From: Macrostomum lignano
Taxonomy: Eukaryota
Assembly (NCBI GenBank): GCA_002269645.1
Contig: NIVC01003264.1
Location: 1 to 64,000 of the forward strand
Direction: 5' to 3'
DNA length: 64,000 nt
Positions 11,421 through 22,039 of the stretch are shown in pieces. The stretch's first letter is position 1, and every line of letters starts with the position of its first letter. The notes beneath the pieces were generated by a model. The model made no database searches, had not been told where the DNA came from, and worked only from the letters and a program-made list of their open reading frames with translations. A program made the translations under genes and the position numbers.

Positions 11421-11953
11421 TGAAGGAAGAAGGAAGGGATGAGAAGCGGATGATGAAGGGAGAAGGAAGGGATGAGAAGCGGATGATGAAGGGAGAAGGA
11501 AGGGTTGAGAAGCGGATGATGAAGGGAGAAGGAAGGGATGAGAAGCGGATGATGAAGAGAGAAGGAAGGGATGAGAAGCGGATGATGAAGGGAGAAGGAA
11601 GGGATGAGAAGTGGATGATGAAGGGAAAATGAAGGAATGAGAAGCGGATGATGAAGGGAGAAGGAAGGGATGAGAAGCGGATGATTAAGGGAGAAGGAAG
11701 GGATGAGGAGCGGATGATGAAGGGAAAATGAAGGAATGAGAAGCGGATGATGAAGGGAGAAGGAAGGGATGAGAAGCGGATGATGAAGGGAGAAGGAAGG
11801 GTTGAGAAGTGGATGATGAAGGGAGAAGGAAGGGATGAGAAGCGGATGATGAAGGGAGAAGGAAGGGATGAGAAGCGGATGATGAAGGGAGAAGGAAGGG
11901 TTGAGAAGTGGATGATGAAGGGAGAAGGAAGGGATGAGAAGCGGATGATGAAG
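11421..11953. repeat. 33 bp purine-rich minisatellite (GAAGGGAGAAGGAAGGGATGAGAAGCGGATGAT)n
   Basis: Tandem units read directly. Confidence 0.95.
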
Positions 11954-12170
11954 AGCGGGACGATACAGAGTGACAAAGCGAGTAGGCTAGCAATGTGTCA
12001 GCAGGATAGAAAAACAACAAGTTCGAGCTTGAGCCCTGCATCAAACACGGTCCCAATGCTTTCACAAACGGCAAGCAATGTGCAGCTAAATCTCTTTAGC
12101 TTCGGAGCGGCTCCGACCTTGGCATTCGGCTGGTGGAAGACGGCGCAGGGGGCAGCGAAAGCGCATCCCG

Positions 12171-13226
12171 TCAGATCAGATTGGCCCGCGTCACCCTGGT
12201 GGCCACCACTGGCTGGGCGGCCGCCGCTTCCGCCTTCTTCGATTCGGCTGCCTCGGCTGCTTCGAGGTCGCAGGTGACCTGGCCGCTCCAGGCGCCAAGG
12301 CAGGAGCGGAGGCGCCAGCAAATCAGCGCCAAAAGCAGCTGCGGGTTGGGCGTTGGCGCGGGAGCTGGCTGTGAGACTTGTTGGCGTGATAATGGGATAA
12401 GGGACGTGGGGTATGGGATAAGCATTTGGAGTATGGCTAGCGGGTTGAAGGAATGCGGGGTGTGGGATTAAGGGTGTGGGGTATGGGATAAATGATGTGT
12501 AGTATGTGATAAGGGATGTGGTGTATGTGATAAGGGGTGTGGGGTATGGGATTGAGGGATGTGAGACATGGGATGTGGGATAAGAGATTTGCTATTTGGA
12601 GCGTGGGGTCTGGGGTATACTCGTAAAATGGTCGATGAGGTTTTATGAGATCATATGATGTGGGATGTGGGATTTGGGGATATGAAGAATAAAACTGATT
12701 ATTTTCCCTATCGTACTTATGAATTAAAAACAGTTAAAGCTTCAAAAGCTTCACTGACCAGAGCCAGAATGTACAGCATGGCCAGGCAGACGGCCAAGAT
12801 GCTGTCCCATCGAGTGGGGCCCGGAGCGTCAGTCGTGGAGGCCAGTGCGCAACGCTGCGGCATGGTGCTCTGGGTACCATTCGAGCTGGCCTTGAGAGTG
12901 TGGATGTCGATGCACACTGAGAAGTTCCTGCCCGCCTGCAGGCCGCGGAAAGTGTGCAGCAGGTCCAGCTGCTTGCTGCCGGGCAGCTGTCTCAGCGAGT
13001 TGATCACGTGGCGGCTCAGAACCGTCCCGTTTGCCGGCCGGATTGACAGCTTCGGAGCGGCCGAGGTGCCCATGCCAGCCAGGGTGCAGGCCGGAGGCAG
13101 CTGCAGTCGGACTCGAACCCAGGACCGCTCGCCAGCCACCTGGAAGAGGCGGACCTGACCGGAGCATGCGAGGCTCAGAGCCGGCAGTCCGGCCATAGAC
13201 AGCAGGAGCAGCAGGGTTAGGGACAT
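12171..13226 (-). CDS. Orphan single-pass type I membrane protein, 2 exons (13226-12759, 12338-12171; 211 aa)
   Basis: Signal peptide MSLTLLLLLSMAGLPALSLA; ectodomain with NGT/NFS/NGT sequons; donor ctg|gtcagt and acceptor cccaacccgcag|ctg, both phase 0. Splicing assembles the TM helix ILAVCLAMLYILAL-LLLALICW followed by RLR. Confidence 0.75.
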
Positions 13227-13905
13227 TGCGCCAATAGCTACGCAGGAGCAACAATGTCTGCTGGTTGAACCTCGGCCCTCTCAACTCACCCGGTTGAGTC
13301 TCCTCCTGCCTCTAACCCAGGCTTTTCTGCTGAGCTGCTGTCCTCAGAAAGCCACTCCCCCTCCTCCTCTCACTGGGGGCGGCTCAGCAGCAACCACATT
13401 CACGCCGCAGCAGCACTGGGCAGAACTGGATTGCTCCTCTGCTCCCTATTTCTCTGCCTCTCAGTCACTTCCTGCAGTCCTGCTCCCCCCAAATATCCCA
13501 GTCAGAGCCGCTCGCTCCCCATATTCACCCTTTCGCGCATGCACGGGAAGGTCGAGGGAACAGCAGCGGAAAAGGGAGAATGGGAATTGGGGCTGCTCCG
13601 ACGTGGCCGCATGCAGTGGAATGGCCGGGAGGGTGGCTTTGCTGAGTAGAAAACTGCTGGGCCGAATTTGGTGGACAAAAGGAAAGCTTTTCTTTGCATA
13701 GGGGAGCGAAGGGCTTGGTGCGTGTTGAGCACGCTGCGCACTCTGGGGGGAGGGGCAGATTAACAACGAAGCTCTCAGGGACAGTTTGCTGAACAAAGAA
13801 ACGCAACAGTGTCGTTATAAGTGTGCTCAAAGTGCGTCTCCTGGCCCCAAATTAAAATTATGGCACTGAACTGGATGACGGCGCATCGAAAAATGGCTAT
13901 CTGGG

Positions 13906-14614
13906 TGACAATGGGGTTCATTGCGCGAATAAAAATGTCTGTAAGGGACACAATGGGGTTCATAGCGCGAAAAATGTCTGTAAGGGACACAATGGGGTTC
14001 ATAGCGCGAAAAATGTCTGTAAGGGACACAATGGGGTTCATAGCGCGAAAAATGTCTGTAAGGGACACAATGGGGTTCATAGCGCGAAAAATGTCTGTAA
14101 GGGACACAATGGGGTTCATAGCGCGAAAAATGTCTGTAAGGGACACAATGGGGTTCATAGCGCGAAAAATGTCTGTAAGGGACACAATGGGGTTCATTGA
14201 GCGAAGAAAAATGTCTGTAAGGGACACAATGGGGTTCATTGAGCGAAGAAAAATGTCTGTAAGGGACACAATGGGGTTCATTGAGCGAAGAAAAATGTCT
14301 GTAAGGGACACAATGGGGTTCATTGCGCGAAGAAAAATGTCTGTAAGGGACACAGTGGGGTTCATAGCGCGAAAAATGTCTGTAAGGGACACAATGGGGT
14401 TCATTGCGCGAAGAAAAATGTCTGTAAGGGACACAATGGGGTTCATTGCGCGAAGAAAAATGTCTGTAAGGGACACAATGGGGTTCATTGCGCGAAGAAA
14501 AATGTCTGTAAGGGACACAATGGGGTTCATTGCGCGAAGAAAAATGTCTGTAAGGGACACAATGGGGTTCATTGCGCGAAGAAAAATGTCTGTAAGGGAC
14601 ACAATGGGGTTCAT
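13906..14614. repeat. 39/42 bp minisatellite (AAAAATGTCTGTAAGGGACACAATGGGGTTCATAGCGCG)n
   Basis: Two length variants that differ by AAG. Confidence 0.96.
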
Positions 14615-15335
14615 GATGCTAATTATCCTGCTTTTTATTTGCTTCCTTAATCATCGAAATCAAATAAGATAGACTCTTCTATTCTAGCCTGCCTACTATA
14701 AGTAGGAGTTGCACATTTGAACACCCATAAGTCCCATCCGTTGTAAAAAACTGTATTTTTATTCGACAAGACAAAATAATGATGATTGGGCGGAGTAGCT
14801 GAATGCAGGTGAGAAAGCCAGGTAGAGATACGGAGAGACAGAGTTCGGAAGCTCCGGAAGTTCGGAAGTGCCGGATTCTTCCGAACAGGGTATTCGGGAG
14901 AACTCAGCTCGGAAAGGCATAAAAGATGAAGCGACGGCCAGGCAAGAGAAGGGATGCTGAAACAGACGCGAGTCCATCGAATGCCGGATATGCGAAGCAG
15001 AGCTGCCGCTCTGACAGCCCCCCCCCCCGAAAGTCGCTGTTTGACCGAGAGTATCTGCTCAGCCTCCCCGGGGTCACCGGAGTCCCCGACTGGGCCGCCG
15101 AGGGATTTGTGCGCCGCATAATAAATCCCATATATCTCTGAGCCGCATCAGCCTGCCTGTGTTGCTGTCTCCCCGATTTTTGAGCTCCACAGTGTCCTGC
15201 GGTCCCCGGGTGATGGTCCCTGTGGGCTGCTTTGCTTAGCAGCATCAAACTGATTGGTACACTCAATAGTACACTGCAGACTGCCCCGCTTTCCTTTGGA
15301 GTTCTCCAGATTTCATTCATTTTTCAGGCTAACTG

Positions 15336-15697
<362 letters not shown>

Positions 15698-16117
15698 ACA
15701 AGAGTTTGCTAGCAGGAACCACAGCAAAAAGTACTCACTGCAGGGTCAGTCTGTAGGCGGAGCAACTGCATCCCAAAACACTGTCCAATCGTGTCCCATC
15801 CAGCCCGGATCCCCAGCTGCATAATGCATGCCAGTTGTTCTCCTGTCTCCCTCATTTACCCACACAAAACGAACGGGTCAGCAGGTGGCCCGAAGCTCAG
15901 CCAGCGGAATCGCCAGCTGCCTCTGCTGAATAATTGAGTCACTGCCCCCATTGATCCGGGGCGTCCGGCGGCGTCTGGGCCAGGTCGGCGGGCTCCCTGA
16001 ATTGAACAAAATTGTCAATCTCATTTTCGGTCGCCACTTAGACGATTGGGGGCCGGTTCTTCCGTTGGCTGGGAATATCTTGACTTCAGTGTCTGGCTTG
16101 GGACAAAACCGCAAAAA

Positions 16118-17035
16118 CCCCAAGCTTCACAATCCCCAAGCTTCACAACCCCCAAGCTTCACAACCCCAAGCTTCACAACCCCCAAGCTTCACAATCCCC
16201 AAGCTTCACAATCCCAAAGCTTCACAATCCCCAAGCTTCACAATCCCCAAGCTTCACAATCCCCAAGCTTCACAATCCCCAAGCTTCACAATCCCCAAGC
16301 TTCACAATCCCCAAGCTTCACAATCCCCAAGCTTCACAATCCCCAAGCTTCACAATCCCCAAGCTTCACAATCCCCAAGCTTCACAATCCCCAAGCTTCA
16401 CAATCCCCAAGCTTCACAATCCCCAAGCTTCACAATCCCCAAGCTTCACAATCCCCAAGCTTCACAATCCCCAAGCTTCACAATCCCCAAGCTTCACAAT
16501 CCCCAAGCTTCACAATCCCCAAGCTTCACAATCCCCAAACTTTACAATCCCCAAGCTTCACAATCCCCAAGCTTCACAATCCCCAAGCTTCACAATCCCC
16601 AAGCTTCACAATCCCAAAGCTTCACAATCCCCAAGCTTCACAATCCCCAAGCTCCACAATCCCCAAGCTTCACAATCCCCAAGCTTCACAATCCCCAAGC
16701 TTCACAATCCCAAAGCTTCACAATCCCCAAGCTTCACAATCCCCAAGCTTCACAATCCCCAAGCTTCACAATCCCCAAGCTTCACAATCCCCAAGCTTCA
16801 CAATCCCCAAGCTTCACAATCCCCAAGCTTCACAATCCCCAAGCTTCACAATCCCCAAGCTTCACAATCCCCAAGCTTCACAATCCCCAAGCTTCACAAT
16901 CCCCAAGCTTCACAATCCCCAAGCTTCACAATCCCCAAGCTTCACAATCCCCAAGCTTCACAATCCCCAAGCTTCACAATCCCCAAGCTTCACAATCCCC
17001 AAGCTTCACAATCCCCAAGCTTCACAATCCCCAAA
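16118..17035. repeat. 16 bp satellite (CCCCAAGCTTCACAAT)n
   Basis: Highly homogeneous array with an AAGCTT core. Confidence 0.98.
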
Positions 17036-17645
17036 CTTCCTGTCTCAGAATCCGATGACTTCAAAGGTCATCACTGATTGCGTACTTTATGCAGATTTTC
17101 TCGTACATTTCAAGTCAAGATTTTGATCAAGATCTGGGCCCGAGTGACACCTTGGGCTCATCCGCATCATTCCAAAAAAGTTACCATGATGACTGTCGCG
17201 TCCTCTCTCAGGCACTAATCCCACCCATCCCCATCTTGTCAGTTGGAAATCCCGACCAGCATAAATTCGTCCCAGAAAAGAAAGCCAAAGCGGATAAAGT
17301 GTGTTTCTAAGAAAGAAAACACGCGCGGCCCATCGCGGCAGGGCAAGAGAAGGGCGCCCGCTGACAGGGGAAGCCAGCTGGTGCCAGACAGCTGGCCGGG
17401 GGTGCAACGGCTTCCTTGATCTCCTTCTCCCCGGATTCGCATGCAAGCGCACCGGAAGAGTCCCCTGTTTGCCTGCTTTTTTATGCTTCCAGCCCAATGA
17501 TTGCCTCGCCGGAGGAAGCAGAAGAAGCAGTATGAAACAAATGATTCCACCAATGCCGATAACCTCTGCTAATAATTATGCAAGCGCAGATTGATAGCCC
17601 AATTCAGATTGCATTTCCAACTGTGCACGCCCCGTTGTCACTACA

Positions 17646-18188
<543 letters not shown>

Positions 18189-18797
18189 CCTTGAATTATA
18201 AATAGTGAAGCCCCACTCAGGAAAAACTCTACAATACACCAATTGCAGGCTTTAATTATTCACAGCAATTTATTGCATTGCATTCGACTGTGCCACTGCA
18301 AAACCGCTTTTACTTGTGGTGCTGCAACTGCAGTTCACAGCTGGTGGATTAAAAATAATTAAATGATTAGCGCAATAAAATACCTGCAGCTGCTCCGTAA
18401 GAACACTGCAGGGAACACGGGTTGAGACAGAATACAAGGCAAAACTTATTGTACAAGAGAAGAATAACCTTCACAGCTTGACACAAGGTGAGTAAAGTCA
18501 GTCTGTTCGGGTACATGGCCGCCGCTATGTGTTGCATCGGATACCAACGCACAGTGAGGAGGGAAGCACCTTAGTCAGCAGGTAGGAGAATGAGAGGTGA
18601 GGTGAGCACTGGCAGAGGAACGCGCGTGAAGGATTTCGGGATGCATTAGCGAGACAGGCATCTTTCAATTGCTAGAAGTACATCGCCTACTTTCTCTCTG
18701 TTTATAAAAATGCTCGCAGGTCAGAAGGGCCGTGATTTGCTTAAACAGCGCTTTTAACCTGTCTGTCTCGGATACTTTTTAGGCTTGTGAAACCTTC

Positions 18798-18874
18798 GGG
18801 GCGGAGCAGCTGAGCGGTAAACCCGTCTGGCTCTGGCGCCAAGACGCCCCCTGGTTCGATTCCAGCTCTTTTTA
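18798..18874 (+). pseudogene. Degenerate tRNA-like Pol III unit or SINE head
   Basis: A-box-like cagctgagcgg, T-arm ctgg-ttcgatt-ccag with B box at 18853, then TTTTT. The acceptor stem does not pair, so it is not an intact tRNA. Confidence 0.4.
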
Positions 18875-19052
18875 TTTTTCGCCTTTTTTCAAAAATGAAT
18901 GTTGGAAAGTCTGAAAGTCAAGAAAATGAGCAAACTGGCAACTCAAGGCTGAAGGTACAGAATTTCCTGTCTCGCCAATGCGTCTTGGATTCCTAGAAGC
19001 CTCTCGCGACTTGCGGGGGGGGGAGCGCACAGGGCCAACTGGAGCATCGGCC

Positions 19053-20645
19053 TCAGTGCCTGCCCCGTCCAGTCTTGTGCGTGTAGAACTTGTTGAAGTT
19101 CTCCGTGATGATCGGCACGGGGATCGCCAGGGTCAGCACGCCCGCCACGGCGCACACGGAGCCGACGATCTTGCCCAGCGGGCCCTTCGGCACCTTGTCG
19201 CCGTAGCCCACGGTGCACATGGTGATGACCGCCCACCAGAACGCGTCCGGGATGCTTTCGATCTGAGAGCCGCGCACCTCGCTCTCAACATAGTAGATGG
19301 TGGAGGAGAACAGCAGGATGCAGACTATCAACGCCACCAGGAAGAGTCCGAGACCTTCGATGCTGGCCCGGAAGGTGAGCACCAGCACCTGCAGGTCGGC
19401 CGAGTGCTTGGTGAGCTTGAACACCCGGATGAGGCGGACAACTCGCAGGAAGGCCAGCGAGGCGCTCGACCGGGCACCCTCGCAGCTCATCGTGACCAGC
19501 ACATTAGTGAGGGTGACATAGTACGGCACAATGGCCGACAGGTCCACCGCATTCTTGATGTCCTTCATGAACGCCTTCTTGCACGGGCAGACGAGGAAGC
19601 GGACCACCAGCTCGATGGTGAACCAGGCCGTGCAGGCCGACTCGGCCACGAAGAACGGGTCGAAGAAGTTCGGCAGGCCGGACGGCACGCAGTGCGTTCC
19701 TTTGAATTCGTGGAGCGTCTCGGCGCAGAACAGAATGATTGACAGGATGGTGAAGACCACCGACACGATGGCGATGAGGAAGGCGGGCGCGCTGGTCTCC
19801 GGGTACTCGAACAGCATCCAGACGGCTCGCTTGAACGGGTGCTCGGGCAGCACGACAGTCTCAGAGATGTAGCCTTCGTCCTTCTTGTAGGCGTCGATGA
19901 CCTCGCGCTCGATCTCGTAGAACTCCAGCTCGGACAGGAAGATGTCGTCCGTGACGGTGGGCGGCCGCTTCAGCTTGCCGCCGTACTGGTAGTAGTTGAA
20001 TACGGCCTCAAAGGTGGGCCGGTGCCTGTCAAAGAAGTACTCGTGGCTGCGCCTGTCGAAGTAGCGCGCCCGCTTCTGCGGGTTGCCCAGCAGGGTGCGC
20101 GGGTGCTGGTTGAGGACGCCCAGCCGGGTCTCGAAGTGCATGCCGGACACGTTCAGGCGGACCCGCTCGCAGCCCAGCAGGTGGCAGTCGTGGAAGGCGG
20201 ATGCCGCCGCTGATGCCGCTGACACGGCTGGAAGGTGCCGGGCGGAGGGAATCGGCGGGGACCGGAAGCCGCCGCTGCCGCTGCGCTGCTGTCGGTTGTC
20301 GTTGTCGTCTTCGCCCTCTGAAACGGTGACAACCGATGCAGCTTCCTCTTCCTCATCGTTGTCCTCGTTCTCTGCCGCTGTCGCCTGCTGCCTCTGCCTG
20401 TAGAGGCGCAGATGCGATGTCTGCGACTCGAACCGCACCAGCTTGGTGCGCCTCGAGGAGCCGCCGCCGTCCCCGCCGCCCCCAAATTTGTTTTTCTGCT
20501 GATTCTTCTTCTTCCTCTGGTGCCGCTTCTGCTGGTGCTGCTGTCGGCTGTCTGACTGCCCGCCAGACATGCTGAGGTCCTCGCGGGAGTGGCTCATTGT
20601 GCCCAGGCCGCCGCTGGGGCTCATGTAGGAGGGCACGTACAGCAT
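19053..20645 (-). CDS. Shaker: Voltage-gated K+ channel, Shaker/Kv1 family, intronless (530 aa)
   Basis: T1 domain (RVRLNVSGMHFET..EYFFDRHRPTFEAVFNYYQYGGKLKRP), WMLFEYPETS, S1-S6, pore IPDAFWWAVITMCTVGYGD, PVP motif. Confidence 0.96.
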   Translation of the reverse strand: MLYVPSYMSPSGGLGTMSHSREDLSMSGGQSDSRQQHQQKRHQRKKKNQQKNKFGGGGDGGGSSRRTKLVRFESQTSHLRLYRQRQQATAAENEDNDEEEEAASVVTVSEGEDDNDNRQQRSGSGGFRSPPIPSARHLPAVSAASAAASAFHDCHLLGCERVRLNVSGMHFETRLGVLNQHPRTLLGNPQKRARYFDRRSHEYFFDRHRPTFEAVFNYYQYGGKLKRPPTVTDDIFLSELEFYEIEREVIDAYKKDEGYISETVVLPEHPFKRAVWMLFEYPETSAPAFLIAIVSVVFTILSIILFCAETLHEFKGTHCVPSGLPNFFDPFFVAESACTAWFTIELVVRFLVCPCKKAFMKDIKNAVDLSAIVPYYVTLTNVLVTMSCEGARSSASLAFLRVVRLIRVFKLTKHSADLQVLVLTFRASIEGLGLFLVALIVCILLFSSTIYYVESEVRGSQIESIPDAFWWAVITMCTVGYGDKVPKGPLGKIVGSVCAVAGVLTLAIPVPIITENFNKFYTHKTGRGRH

Positions 20646-20910
20646 GGCGATGGTGACTGGCGGCTACTGGCTCAGCTGGGCGGGCTGCTATTGGCTGTCG
20701 GTCGCTGCTGCCCGTCAGCCGCTTGTCGCTCTGGCAGCTGCAGTTGAGTGCGGGAACGGGGCTTGAGTCTTCGAAAAGGGGACTTACTTGAGCAGTTTGT
20801 GCGTGTCGGCAGGGTTAGAAGCTAATCTTTCAGGTCCTCAGAAGCTATAATCATATGAGTTGGACGCTAAGACCTTACGTTGGAAGCTTAATAAATTTGA
20901 TACTTTACAG

Positions 20911-21350
20911 GAGCTAATGACACTGATCGGAAGCTAATGACACTGGTCGGAAGCTAATGACACTGGTCGGGAGCTAATGACACTGGTCGGAAGCTAATGA
21001 CACTGGTCGGGAGCTAATGACACTAATCGGGAGCTAATGACACTGATCGGGAGCTAATGACACTGATCGGAAGCTAATGACACTGATCGGGAGCTAATGA
21101 CACTGATCGGGAGCTAATGACACTGGTCGGGAGCTAATGACACTGGTCGGGAGCTAATGACACTGATCGGGAGCTAATGACAGTGGTCAGGAGCTAATGA
21201 CACTGATTAGGAGCTAATGACACTAATTGGGAGCTAATGACACTGGTCAGGAGATAATGACACTGATTGGGAGCTAATGACACTGATCGGGAGCTAATGA
21301 CACTGGTCAGGAGCCAATGACACTATTCGGGAGCTAATGACACTGGTTAG
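20911..21350. repeat. 20 bp satellite (GAGCTAATGACACTGGTCGG)n
   Basis: Tandem units with point variants. Confidence 0.96.
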
Positions 21351-22039
21351 AAGCAAACGACCCACATTGAAAGCTTTTTAAGTTCGGAAGCTAATCCAGA
21401 TCTCTAGAAGCAGAATCCAATAATCCGCAGGCCCGTCGAGCAGACATCAAAGAAACTGAAAAGCGATTTCGCACAGTCTGTCTCCAGCTGCCTCACGATA
21501 GAAATTAGGAAATTCATTTCTCGCCGCCCATCCGCCGTGGAAGTCTCTCAGCCACCCCCCTCGGGAATGCGGAGCGCAGCAACTTCCCAGGTCGAGTTTC
21601 CAGGCCGCCCCGCCCAGACCGATCGCGATAACTGAGTTACCGAATTGAGTTGCGAATTGCCGCGACCCCCAGGGCCTGACTGATGGACGCGGGCCGCGGT
21701 GCTCTATTAAATGCCTCTCAACTTACTCGAGTCCCACGGCTTCAAGAAGAGTTGCTTCTTTAATTGAAAAAAGCATTTTGCTTCAACGAAAAATGTCTCC
21801 TAACAATTTTCAACAAGTGCGCCGCGTCGGCCCGCTAGGCTAATGGCGATGACCGAGCTACTTATTATCGGCGACGATTGATTTCTGATTTTACTACTTT
21901 TAGTAGCAACGCAATTTTTTGTGCTGCCATTTCTGCTGAAAGCTACATGTTAAAACTTTAAAATAGAAATTAGACCAGAGAGAACATTTCAGAAGATAGC
22001 TAAACGTTATTCTTATAAAGTAGCTTAGAATTAGCGTAG

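Noticed and set aside
15739-15854. Minus-strand exon-like segment (MRETGEQLAC..TDPA|gtgagt)
   Set aside because: Good donor, but the next acceptors after the GATA tract lead to stops in the required phase.
18978-20575. + strand ORFs overlapping the Kv channel
   Set aside because: Antisense shadows of a GC-rich CDS. The same applies to 37773..38471, 39591..40286, 47346..48478 and 63232..63861.
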